Source: an uncultured Acidobacteriota bacterium
GTDB lineage: Bacteria; Acidobacteriota; Vicinamibacteria; Vicinamibacterales; 2-12-FULL-66-21
Length of the DNA: 64,000 nucleotides
Assembly: GCA_963847975.1 (NCBI GenBank)
Contig: CAWKBU010000031.1
Location: forward strand, 280,291 to 344,290
Reading direction: 5' to 3'
A program made the translations under genes and the position numbers. The notes below the pieces were generated by a model. The model was not told the DNA's origin. It saw only the letters and a list, made by a program, of their open reading frames with translations, and made no database searches. Positions 1 to 9,373 of the stretch are shown in pieces (the first letter of the stretch is position 1; each line of letters opens with the position of its first letter).

Positions 1-1404
1 GACTGCACCTGCCGCCAGGCCGTGTCGTAGCCGATGGTCACGCTCGTCGGCGTGAAGACGCCATCGGTATCGGCAAACCGTGAGTAGTTGGTGGTCGTCG
101 TGCCGACGACGATGGCGTTGGGGATGGTGACTTCCTCGCCGCGGATGGTCTTGACCTTGGTCGACAGCACACCGACGTGGTTCACCGTGCCTTCGACGTC
201 GCCGATGCGGACGAAGTCGCCGAGCCGCAGCGAGCGCGAGTAGGTGATCATGAAGCTGCTCATCATCTGGTTGACGAGCCCGCTCGATCCGAGCGACATG
301 ACCAGACCGATGAACACGCTCGCGCCCTTGAACGCGTCGGTCCCGCTCCCCGGCAGGTAGGGATAGGCCATCACAGCCGCGAAGATCCAGAGAAGCGTGG
401 CGACCAGGCGGCGCGTGGGTTGCGCGGTGTCCGGGTGCAGCCACGGGACTTCGACGGTGCCCTGCTCGACCGCCTTGAAGAACAGGCGCATCAGCCGGAT
501 GAAGAAGCGGGCGATCAGGAAAATGAGCAGGACGCGTGAAGAGCGACGGCACCGCGTGCGACCATGTCCAGCGCGAGCCCCGATATCCGCGCCAGCATGA
601 ACTCCCGCATCGACTCGCCCCACGGGCGGGTGTACGGAAACCGTCGCAGCGTGAAGGTGACGGCGGAGTAGACGACGAACACGCTGAGTGCGAGGGCGAC
701 AATCGAGACGAAGGTGCGCCAGAACTCGAAGAGGCGCGACGCCCGGAGGACCTCGAGCGGCCCCGCACCCACCCGCGACACCTGCTGTTCAGCGGCGGCG
801 ATCAATCGCCGGGCAATACGGTGGTGCCCGCGGATGATCGCCAGCAGCAGGATGGCGGCGAGGCCGAGCACCAGCAGCGATTGCAGAGCGGCCCAGGCGA
901 GGAGCGTCGGCGTGCGCGCTTCGACGGCCTCGGCGAGCGCCACCTTGATCCTGGCCGACTGTGGCCTCGGCGGCGCCGTCGAGCGTTTCGCCCGCGGCCT
1001 CGTCGACGTCCAGCGGGGTCAGCACCAGCACGGGTCGCGTGCCGAAGCTGATGATGCGGCCGGCCTCGAACGGTCCGCACCTCCACCGGCCCGTCGACAC
1101 GCTGATCCACCATGTCTTCGAGGGCCCGTGCCGCCGCGCTGGCGCGCTCGGCCGGACTGCGGCCCATGACGCGGGCGCGCAGCACGGCAATCGGCCGATT
1201 GCTGAGCATCACGGTCGCGGTCTCGCTTGCCGGCTCGATGCCGACGCTGACGCTCACCGGCGGCGCGGCGGGCGGCGTCGCACCTGGCGCCGGGGGCGTC
1301 ACCTGGGTCGCGCCCACGGCCGGAACGAGGATCAGGCAGAGGGTGGCCAGGAGAACGGCCCGGATTCGCAATCGCAACGCAAGGCTTCGGCAGTCGGTCG
1401 GCAC
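1..1404 (-). pseudogene. MscS-family mechanosensitive channel with signal peptide and periplasmic N-domain; frame broken about 3 times (pseudogene or indel error); 3' end runs off the window
   Basis: Minus-strand fragments 802..1404, 789..1190, 515..943 and an unlisted open frame 1..~540 read on as one protein. It starts with MPTDCRSLALRLRIRAVLLATLCLILVPAVGA, then TM helices, then the MscS core GSSGLVNQMMSSFMITYSRSLRLGDFVRIGDVEGTVNHVGVLSTKVKTIRGEEVTIPN. Frame switches lie near 1080, 945 and 540. Confidence 0.7.
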
Positions 1405-1443
1405 AGAGTGGCTCCAGAAGAAGTCAGAGGTCGTAGGCGAATT

Positions 1444-2322
1444 CTAGTCGATGGCGGCTTTACGCCCTGCCGCGGCGCCGTCCAGCAGGAAGACCGCGGC
1501 CCGACCGGCGCGCGCCGCGCGCGCCACCGGCAGCCGCGATGTCCGATTCGTGAGCGCCTCGCCCACGACGGCGGCCTTCGCGGCACCAAAAGCGGCGATG
1601 TAAATCTCGGCACCGGCGAGCGCGGCGAGCGTCAGCGTCAAGCGGGCGGGCGGCGGTTTGGGCGAATCGGTCACCGCCACGACGTGCCGCGTTTTCTCCT
1701 CCAACGCCCGATGCCCCGGAAAGAGCGAGCACACGTGGCCGTCTGGGCCGACGCCGAGCAGCACCACATCGAATCGGGGAGGCGTGCCGATGGCCTGCCT
1801 GAGATCGGTTTGATACTGCCGGGCCGCGGCGTACAGATCAGCGGCATCCGCCTCCATGCGGTGAATGCGCGCCCGATCGATGGCCACGCGGCGCAGCAGC
1901 AGCTCGTCGGCCACGCGATAGTTGGAGTCCTGATCGTCGGGTCGAACGGCGCGCTCGTCGCTCCAAAAGACCTCCACCATCGTCCAGTCGATCGCCGCCA
2001 GCGCCAGAACGGGAAAGAAGATCTCAGCCACGGACCCGCCGGGCAGGACGAGCGAGAGAGCACGGCCTGTCGCCTGCACGCGTCGAGCTGTGCTCACCAG
2101 ACGCGCGGCAAAGGTCCGGGCGAGCTCGGCCGGCGTGGCAACAATGGTTTCGATGGGCAAGCCGAAGCAATGTACTACGGGAAGCTCGTCGTTAAAGGCA
2201 AGAAGCCCTTTCTTTCTCCGACGAGCTTGACGCCTGAGGCACGCGCGCCTAAAGTCCGTCCACCCTGCGAATATTTCTCTCAGCGGCAGCCGTCTCGCCG
2301 CCTGGTGGCGGATGCTTTTCAT
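1444..2322 (-). CDS. pgl: 6-phosphogluconolactonase
   Basis: 292-aa ORF with LVLPGGSVAEIFFPVLA and FDVVLLGVGPDGHVCSLFPGH blocks typical of Pgl. The first ~55 aa are Arg-rich, so the true start is probably internal (an in-frame TTG at 2160 precedes PIETIVATPAELARTF). Confidence 0.85.
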   Translation of the reverse strand: MKSIRHQAARRLPLREIFAGWTDFRRACLRRQARRRKKGLLAFNDELPVVHCFGLPIETIVATPAELARTFAARLVSTARRVQATGRALSLVLPGGSVAEIFFPVLALAAIDWTMVEVFWSDERAVRPDDQDSNYRVADELLLRRVAIDRARIHRMEADAADLYAAARQYQTDLRQAIGTPPRFDVVLLGVGPDGHVCSLFPGHRALEEKTRHVVAVTDSPKPPPARLTLTLAALAGAEIYIAAFGAAKAAVVGEALTNRTSRLPVARAARAGRAAVFLLDGAAAGRKAAID

Positions 2323-2384
2323 CCGTCACGACGGGAGAGTTGTGCGCGCGGGCCCGCCCGCCGCCGAGGGAAAGGGTGGCGTGT

Positions 2385-4156
2385 ATGTCCCTTCCCAATC
2401 GTCGGTCAGTTCCGCTGCGGCCTCTCGTACCTCTCCGCCGGCGTTCTCCTCGCCAGCATCTCGGCGTGGGCGATCGTCACCGATCTCGCCAACGTCGCGA
2501 ACGTCCACGCCCCGGCCGGTGAGCACATCGACCAGGACGATCTCAATGCCCTGCCGGTCAGCGAGCGCTTCATCGAAGCGTTCGAGATCGGAGACGAGCT
2601 CTTTGCCACCGCGTTCAACGCCGTCGACGGCGGCGGCGCCAACGTCGGGCGCGGCCAGCGCTATACGCGTGTGCCGCGCGCCGACCTGCGCGGCCGGGGC
2701 GAGTGGTTCACCCATACGCCGATCAGGGTCACCGGCCCCAATGCGGGCGGCTGCTTCGAGTGTCACGAACAGCCGTTCGAAGACGGCGCCGGCACCGCCG
2801 CGCTCAACGTCCATCGCGATCCATTCCGCACGGGCAGGTCGGCCAGTTCATCGAGCGCAACACGCCGCACGTCTTCGCGCCCGGCGCGATCCAGCGGCTC
2901 GCCGAGGAGATGACCGACGGCCTCACCGCCGATCAGACGCGGCTGGTCGACGACGTGTGCCGGAACGGCGGCACCCGCATCGGTGACCCTCGAGACCAAG
3001 GGCGTCGAACTTCGGCACGCTCAGCGCGACGCGCACGAGTCGCACGCCGTGTCAGGTCACCTACAACACCGACGCGGTCCGCGGCGTCGACTTTCAGCCC
3101 TCGGTCGACAATCCAGCCGCTCCGGTCGTGCTCATCGTCCGGCCGTTCCAATGGAAAGGGAGCGTGCCGTTTCTCCGCGACTTCAACCGTGGCGCGGCGC
3201 ACAACGAGCTCGGCATGCAGGCGGTCGAGGTCAGCGGCGACAACGTCGACGGCGACGCTGACGGCGTCGCCAACGAGCTGACGATCGGCGACATCACGGC
3301 CCTCACCGTCTACATGGCGGCGCAGCCGCGGCCGACGACGCTGCTCGAGCTGAACGCGCTCGGCCTCCTCGAGCCCGCGCTCACCAGCGCGCAGGTGAGC
3401 CGCATCAACCGCGGACGCCAGGTCTTCGGCGAGATCGGCTGCGCCTCCTGCCACATCCCGCAGCTGACGCTCAACACGCCGGTCTTCAGCGAACCCAGCC
3501 AGAACGCGGCCTACCGTGACGGCACGACGTTCCCGGCCGGGCAGCCCACCGCCAACGTCCTCGACCCGCGCAATCCGATCACCTTCGATCTGACGCGCGA
3601 CCAGCCGGACAACATCATCCGGAACGCCACCGGCGGCATCCGCGCGCGGCTCGGCTCCTTCACCCAGCGCGACCGCGACGGCAGGACCGTGGTGGAGCTC
3701 TACGGCGACTTGAAGCGCCACGCGATGGGATCGCGCCTCGCCGAGCCGGTCAACGAAATCGCCGGAGACGACGTGACGCCCATCCCCATCTCCCCGCGCA
3801 ACCGGCACACACCGGACACGTTCCTGACCGAGAACCTCTGGGGCGTCGGGTCAACGGCGCCTTATCTGCACGATGGGCGCGCGACGACGCTGGCCGAGGC
3901 GATCATCGAGCACGCGGCGTCGAACAGCGACACCGCCAGCGAGGCGCGCGGGGCGCGCGCCGCGTACCTGGCGCGCTCGCTATCCGACCGGCAGGCGGTC
4001 ATCGCGTTCCTCGAGAACCTGGTGCTGTTCAAGCTCGAGGAAGAGGAAGAGGCGCCGGCGGGTGCGGCCGCCGCGCTGCAATCGCTCACCGGCCTGTCCT
4101 CGCCGCGTCAGCGCGTCAAGATCGCGCCGAAAGGATTCAGGATCCGGCTCGAGTAG
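2385..4156 (+). pseudogene. Di-haem cytochrome c peroxidase-like protein (DUF1111 / thiol oxidoreductase type), frame-disrupted
   Basis: Two CxxCH motifs (CFECH ~2750, CASCH ~3440). Conserved text runs across the frames of ORFs 961..2913, 2703..3281, 2983..3261 and 3128..4156, with switches near 2820, 2985 and 3010. The start is uncertain: ATG 2385 lies in yet another frame. Confidence 0.65.
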
Positions 4157-4307
4157 AGCCACGGTAGCAACACGGACAACACGGACGGCAAAGGCGGAGT
4201 GAGAGGCCGAACCCTCCGCTCTGGCGAGCGTTTGCCTGGGAGGACGCCAGCGGAGAATACTCACTACTGAATCACGATGCCATCCGAGCTGCCGCGCGGA
4301 ACGAGGA

Positions 4308-5215
4308 ATGCCTGGGCGGCTGATCGATGTCGGCGGGTTTCGGCTCCATTTGCACTGCTCGGGGTCGGGCCGACCGGCAGTGGTGATGGACTCGGCGCTC
4401 GCCGGCTCATCGATCAGCTGGTCGCTCATCCAGCCGGACGTGTCGCGGCTGACGCGCGCCTGCAGCTACGACCGCGCCGGGTTCGGCTGGAGCGACGCGG
4501 GCCCGATGCCGCGCACGGCCGGACGGGTCGCCGACGAACTGCGTGTGCTCCTCGAGCGTGGCGGCGTCGCCCCGCCGTTCGTGCTCGTCGGGCATTCGTT
4601 CGGCGGCCTGGTCATGCGCATCTTCGCGGCCAGATACCGGAGCGATGTCTCGGGCCTCGTGCTGGTCGATCCCGCGCATCCCGAGGACTGGGTGACGCCG
4701 GCGCCAAAGGAGCAGATCAGGATCGACCGCGGCATCAAGCTGTGCCGCAGCGGCGCGACCGCGGCGCGGTTCGGCGCGGCCCGACTCGTCAGTGGCCTCG
4801 TGACGTTCGGCCTGTTCGGCGTCGCCCGCGGTCTCGCCACCGTCGTCAGTCGCGGCGGACTGTCGCGCGAGGACGAGGGCGTCCTGGCGCCGGTACTGGA
4901 AGCTGCCACCCGAGACGCGCAGGCCGTTGCGGCAGTTCTGGACGCAAGAGAAGTTCTTCGCTGCGCTCGGCAGCCAGATCGCCTCCATCTCGACGAGCGC
5001 AGCCGAGACGCTCGCGGCCGCCGCCGGCGGCTACGGCGACCTGCCGCTCGTCACCATCTCCTCCACCGATCCCGGCGACTACCGGCTGCGCCAGCAGGAG
5101 GCACTCGCCCGCCTGTCGGCGCCGCGGCCGCCACGTCGTCGCCTCGAAGAGCGGGCACTGGATTCCCCTGGACCAGCCGCAGGTCGTCATCGACGCAATC
5201 CGGGAGGTGCTCTGA
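4308..5215 (+). pseudogene. Alpha/beta-fold hydrolase, frame-disrupted
   Basis: The N-terminal ~195 aa of ORF 4308..5228 carry the VGHSFGG nucleophile elbow (~4593). The text continues in the frame of 4927..5253 (WKLPPETRRPLRQFWTQEKFF...) and ends in the frame of 4277..5215 (...SGHWIPLDQPQVVIDAIREVL). Switches lie near 4895 and 5125. Confidence 0.7.
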
Positions 5216-5351
5216 CGCGACGGCGTGAGCCGATGGCTGGAGGGTCTCCTTGACCCGGTGTGTTCGACTCCGCCCGATCGCGCGTTATGTATAGCGCGGA
5301 CGTCCGTACGGGCGGGACGAGTCGAACAACACTGGAGCAATTGGAGGACCC

Positions 5352-6308
5352 ATGGCCAACATGTATATGGTGAGTTGCAGGCGCGAGTTCTGGTCGGCGA
5401 CCGACTTCTCAACGGCGGACGAAATTCGTCACCTCGACCTGAACGGCAACGGACAGGCGGCATCGGTTCCGCCCGCGACCTTCCTGGCGGCCATGGCCGG
5501 CAAGCGTGTCACCGTCCTGGTCCACGGATATAACAACGAGCAGCGCGACGTGCTGGACAGCTACCGCACCATCGACGAACAGATGAGGCTGCTCGGATTT
5601 CTTGGCCGTCCGACGGCGCCGTACGACGCGCTGGTCGGATTTGCGTGGCCGGGTGGAGCCTCGGGCGTGTCGTTCCCCTTCGCACGCGCGCGCGCCGAAG
5701 ATGCCGCGCCGCGCCTCCGCCAGCTGCTCGCCTCGCTCCAGGGAAGCGGTGCGATCGTGGACATCAACTCACATTCGCTCGGCGCCCACGTGACCTTCGA
5801 GGCGCTGCGGGACGCGAGCGCCAACGTCGTGCGCTACGCGTGGAACTTTGCCTCGGCGGTCGACAACGAGTCGGTCGAAAAGGGCGAGCGCTACTACAGC
5901 GCGTGCCAACGCTGCCAGAAGTTCTACGTCTTCCACTCGAAGAACGACCCGGTCCTGCGGGTCTGGTACCGCGTCGGCGATTTCTTCGACTTCGACACGG
6001 CGCTCGGCTATTCCGGACCTGAAGATCCGCGCGCGATCATGGACCACTCGAGGAACGTCACGGTGATCAACTGCAAGGACGTCGTCGCCTCGCATGGCGG
6101 GTATCGCTCGGCGGGCCAGGTCTGGTCGTTCATGCAGCGCGAGCTCGCCGCGCCGGGCACAGAGCAGTTCGTCACGCTCGAGAAGAACGCCGCCACGCTC
6201 AGTGCGGTCTTCCGCGCAAGCGGCGGAACCACCACGACGTCAGGCGCGCGCCGGAAGGCGCCGGCCGCGAGCCGGACGACAGCGCGGAAGCGGCGCAACG
6301 CGCGATAG
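5352..6308 (+). CDS. DUF900-type alpha/beta hydrolase (putative esterase/lipase), no signal peptide, basic C-terminal tail
   Basis: Intact 318-aa ORF with VTVLVHGYNN, INSHSLGA (GxSxG-like elbow), FHSKNDPV and ASHGGY blocks. The tail is RRKAPAASRTTARKRRNAR. Confidence 0.55.
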   Translation: MANMYMVSCRREFWSATDFSTADEIRHLDLNGNGQAASVPPATFLAAMAGKRVTVLVHGYNNEQRDVLDSYRTIDEQMRLLGFLGRPTAPYDALVGFAWPGGASGVSFPFARARAEDAAPRLRQLLASLQGSGAIVDINSHSLGAHVTFEALRDASANVVRYAWNFASAVDNESVEKGERYYSACQRCQKFYVFHSKNDPVLRVWYRVGDFFDFDTALGYSGPEDPRAIMDHSRNVTVINCKDVVASHGGYRSAGQVWSFMQRELAAPGTEQFVTLEKNAATLSAVFRASGGTTTTSGARRKAPAASRTTARKRRNAR

Positions 6309-6424
6309 CCACTGAGTTCACTCGCCAAGAGCCATTCACCGCCGAGGACGCCGAGGACGCGGAAACCAAAAGGGTTTCCTCTGCGCGCTCCGCGTTCTCG
6401 GCGGTGAGGAGCTCTTGGGCAGTG
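6308..6424. repeat. 117-nt imperfect hairpin filling a convergent gene junction; arms contain tandem words (CCGAGGACG x2)
   Basis: Left arm CCACTG..CCAAGAGC..TCACCGCCGAGGACGCCGAGGACGCGGAAACC, loop AAAA. The right arm's reverse complement reads CCACTGCCCAAGAGCTCCTCACCGCCGAGAACGCGGAGCGCGCAGAGGAAACCC. It starts on the stop codon of 5352..6308 and ends 19 nt before the stop of 6443..8272. Confidence 0.6.
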
Positions 6425-6442
6425 GATAACGATCGGGTGGAC

Positions 6443-8272
6443 CTACGACGCTGCTTTCCGGAGCGTGCGAGTCAACGTCGCAATCGGCTGGCCGTCCAGG
6501 CTGACGACGGCACGAACGAGGTAGTCCCCGGGCGCGAGCTGGCCGATGGGCACGACGCCGGTCGCGCGGCGGCGGGTCGCGTCGCCCGTCGCCGCGATTG
6601 TGCCGGGGACGCGGACGAGGGCGGGCCCGTCTTCGGTCGCGGCCAGCTCCATCGCGACCGACAAGGTCCCGGCTGGAGGGGGATCGAAGATCTCGAAGTT
6701 GCCGTTGGCGGTCGGCTCGGCGGCAAACTGGAGCTTGGGCACGAAGGTGCGTCCGAAGGACACGCCGAGAACCATCGTGCTGAGCGTCGTGCCGTTGACG
6801 GTCACGGCCTCAGCCGCGAGATCGTAGTCAGCCGAGCCGCGACGGCCGGCCGTGTCGATCGCTGCCACTCTCAGCCGGTACCGGCCGGGAGATGCCAGGC
6901 CCGCGGACATCACCGGCAGCGATCCCAGCTCGCGCGCATTGGCGGTCCACTGCGCGACGAGGCGGCCGCGCGCGTCGATGAGGCCAAAGGCCGCGGACTC
7001 GAACGTCACGCCGCGATCGAGCGGTTCCACGAGCGCGACGACGGTGAGCTTGGCGTCGCCGGGATTCGGCGACGAGAGGCCGACCACGCGGAGCGGCAGG
7101 TCGGGATACGCCTTGCCGTCGCGCAGCATGGCCTGCGGCGTCAGCGCCGGCCGTTTGCCATCGGCCTTGGCAATCATCAGGTTGGGTAGCGCCTTCACCT
7201 TCGTGCCGGCCCGCGCGACATCGAACTCGACGCGGTGATACGCGCCATTGCGCTCGTTCGGCCTCGGTTCGAAGCCGATGAGATAGTAGCCGGCGCTCTC
7301 GCGCGCAATGCGGACAAAGGCGCTGCGGTCCGAGGGCGTCAGACGCAGCAGCACGCCGTTGGTCACGCCGGCAAGGCTTTCGATCCCGGCCAGCTCTTCG
7401 TCGGAGCTGCGGAACCGGCTCGCCGTGGGATCGGCGAACGCGTTCTTTGCCGAATCGATCACGAAGTCGTCGGGCTTGACCACATACACGTTCGCGCGCG
7501 CCAGGCTGGCTGCGGTCCCGACCGCGTCGTAGTGCACCGACCGGATTTCGCACGGGCCGGGCGCGCCGGTCATGGGCGCGTCGCGCCGCGGTAACAGCAT
7601 GCCCGACGACACGAAGATGATGGTCTTGGGTCCCTCGATGTGGGCGAGCCCGGTCAGGTGATCGGCGAGCGCCGTGAGGGTGTCACGCGTGCGGCATCCC
7701 TTGGCCGAATCAGTCGTCTGTTGCGACGCCTGGCCGGTAATCGTGGGGAGAACCTTCAGCACGCGCTCGTGGGCGCGCGTCGGCTCGACGAGCACGCCGC
7801 CGTAGGGCATGGTCACGAGGCCGACCCAGTCGCGCGGCGACAACCCGGCGACGAACTCCGCCGCCGCGCTCGTCGCCTGCTGCGCCACGTTGGCGCGGAT
7901 CGAGTCGGTTTCGAGAATGATGACGACCATGCGCCCCGAGTCGTCCAGGGCATTCGTGCCGAATGGCGTGGGCAGCAGCTTCGCGGGCACGCGCGCGGGC
8001 GCCGGAGACGACGCGGACGACGGGCCGAGGCGGACATACTGGAACGAACGGATGTCGCGCGGCCGGCCATCGACCTTGAGCGTGACGTCGGCGGCGCTCA
8101 GATCGGCCACGGGCTGTCCGTCCTGCGCGAGCGCAAGGAAATCGAGCCTGACCAGGTCGACAGCGGCGCGAAACGGCTCGGTCTGCGGGGTCTTGACGGC
8201 GCCGAGCCCGACGGTCGAGACGAGAGCGACCAGGCCCGGAATCAACAAACGACCGGAGAGCCCGGCGAGCAT
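6443..8272 (-). CDS. VWA-domain protein with VWFA-related acidobacterial N-terminal domain (TIGR03436-like)
   Basis: ORF 6443..8539. The likely start is ATG 8272 (MLAGLSGRLLIPGLVALVSTV). The opening FRAAVDLVRLDFLALAQDGQPVADLSAADVTLKVDGRPRDIRSF is characteristic of the family as I recall it. Confidence 0.7.
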   Translation of the reverse strand: MLAGLSGRLLIPGLVALVSTVGLGAVKTPQTEPFRAAVDLVRLDFLALAQDGQPVADLSAADVTLKVDGRPRDIRSFQYVRLGPSSASSPAPARVPAKLLPTPFGTNALDDSGRMVVIILETDSIRANVAQQATSAAAEFVAGLSPRDWVGLVTMPYGGVLVEPTRAHERVLKVLPTITGQASQQTTDSAKGCRTRDTLTALADHLTGLAHIEGPKTIIFVSSGMLLPRRDAPMTGAPGPCEIRSVHYDAVGTAASLARANVYVVKPDDFVIDSAKNAFADPTASRFRSSDEELAGIESLAGVTNGVLLRLTPSDRSAFVRIARESAGYYLIGFEPRPNERNGAYHRVEFDVARAGTKVKALPNLMIAKADGKRPALTPQAMLRDGKAYPDLPLRVVGLSSPNPGDAKLTVVALVEPLDRGVTFESAAFGLIDARGRLVAQWTANARELGSLPVMSAGLASPGRYRLRVAAIDTAGRRGSADYDLAAEAVTVNGTTLSTMVLGVSFGRTFVPKLQFAAEPTANGNFEIFDPPPAGTLSVAMELAATEDGPALVRVPGTIAATGDATRRRATGVVPIGQLAPGDYLVRAVVSLDGQPIATLTRTLRKAAS

Positions 8273-8333
8273 GGGCAAAATGATACTACGGCCAACGCTT
8301 TCGGCCGGTCGACCGTCTAACGCGCGAGACGCC

Positions 8334-8921
8334 ATGATTGACGACTTCAGGGCCGCGCTGCGCTCACTCCGCAACTCGCCCACTTTCACGCTCGTCGCCC
8401 TCACAGTATTGGCCCTCGGCATCGGCGCCGGCACGGCCATCTTCTCGGTCGTCGACGCCGTCGTCCTGCGGGGACTCCCGTTTGACGAGCACGACCGGCT
8501 GGCGGTCGTCCTCGAGCACGATACGCGGCGGCCGATCACGTTCGGCGGCGGTACAGACTACGCCCCAGATGTATCTCGACTGGCGAACGATGCAGGAATC
8601 GTTCGACGGGCTCGCGGCGGTCGGCGGCGGATCGTTCCGCCTGCGGACCGAGGGGAGGCAACGAGACAGAACGTGGTGGCGATGATGCTCCTGAGGGCGA
8701 CCGTGTTGATGGCGGCCGGCCTGGCAATTGGAGCGGGCGCCGCCTGGCCGCTGAGCTCGCTCCTGCAGGTGCAGACGTTCCTTTTCCAGGTCGAGCCGAC
8801 CAACCTTGCGGTCTATGGGCTCGCCCTCGGGACCCTGGCGGCAGCCGGGCTCCTCGCGAGCGCCGTCCCGGCGTTCCGGGCCGCCAGCATCGACCCGCTG
8901 GTGGCGCTAAGGCACGAATAA
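8334..8921 (+). pseudogene. Remnant of an ADOP/MacB-type ABC permease (FtsX family) with a frameshift and a large internal deletion
   Basis: N-terminus MIDDFRAALRSLRNSPTFTLVALTVLALGIGAGTAIFSVVDAVVLRGLPF, then the other frame gives TTPQMYLDWRTMQESFDGLAAVGGGSFRLRTEG. The text then jumps straight to the C-terminal TM and tail LFQVEPTNLAVYGLALGTLAAAGLLASAVPAFRAASIDPLVALRHE. The total is ~196 codons, against ~800 in the full-length paralogue at 58842..61299. Confidence 0.7.
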
Positions 8922-9049
8922 CGAGCTACTTGCAGCCGCTGTTCGGTTGCGCATTCCCCGTCGTTAGAACCCATGATCGGGAGAGGTCTCGATATTTCTG
9001 CTGTCAGTCAGAGATTCGAGACCCTCCCCGTGCTGGGGGGGAGGCGAAC

Positions 9050-9373
9050 GTGCGTGTCAGATTTCAGAAGACCGAGGGCCTGATTTTCCACGACCGGCAG
9101 GGGCCACCGGTGACGATCGACGCTGGAACGCTCGAAGAAGATGACCGCCAGTCGCTCGAACAGATGGTGCACGAGGCGCGCTTCTTCGACTTGCCGGCCC
9201 GGATCCCGAGCTTTCGTGACGCCAGGAACACGACCTGTCAGATCACGATTGAGGATCGGGGACGGCAGCATTCCGTCACCGTTTGCGATCCGGTCCAGGG
9301 GCCGGCGCTGCGTCGGCTGATCGCCAGGCTGCACGAGCTAGGGAAGTGCACCGACAGAAAGTGTGAAGTCTGA
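9050..9373 (+). CDS. Small emfourin-like protein (putative metalloprotease-inhibitor family); hypothetical
   Basis: GTG 9050 lies 6 nt after a GGAGG. The 107-aa product VRVRFQKTEGLIFHDRQGPPVTIDAGTLEEDDRQSLEQMVHEARFFDLPA...CQITIEDRGRQHSVTV..PALRRLIARLHELG matches my memory of the emfourin pattern. The last 5 codons and the stop lie in the GAAGT element. Confidence 0.45.
   Translation: MRVRFQKTEGLIFHDRQGPPVTIDAGTLEEDDRQSLEQMVHEARFFDLPARIPSFRDARNTTCQITIEDRGRQHSVTVCDPVQGPALRRLIARLHELGKCTDRKCEV

Noticed and set aside
961-2913. 650-aa plus-strand ORF, the longest in the first 3 kb
   Set aside because: Its first ~1350 nt are antisense to the MscS and pgl genes. They translate to Arg/Gly/Pro-rich low-complexity text, which is a GC-rich shadow ORF. 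Only its last ~170 codons carry real DUF1111 text.
4167-4236. Tandem 9-mer (CAACACGGA x2) plus a GC-hairpin after the DUF1111 gene, with similar short GC hairpins at 13844-13894 and ~36140-36153, considered as intrinsic terminators
   Set aside because: The stems are short or interrupted and none is followed by a T-tract. They may be weak members of the hairpin class described above, but I cannot support a terminator call.
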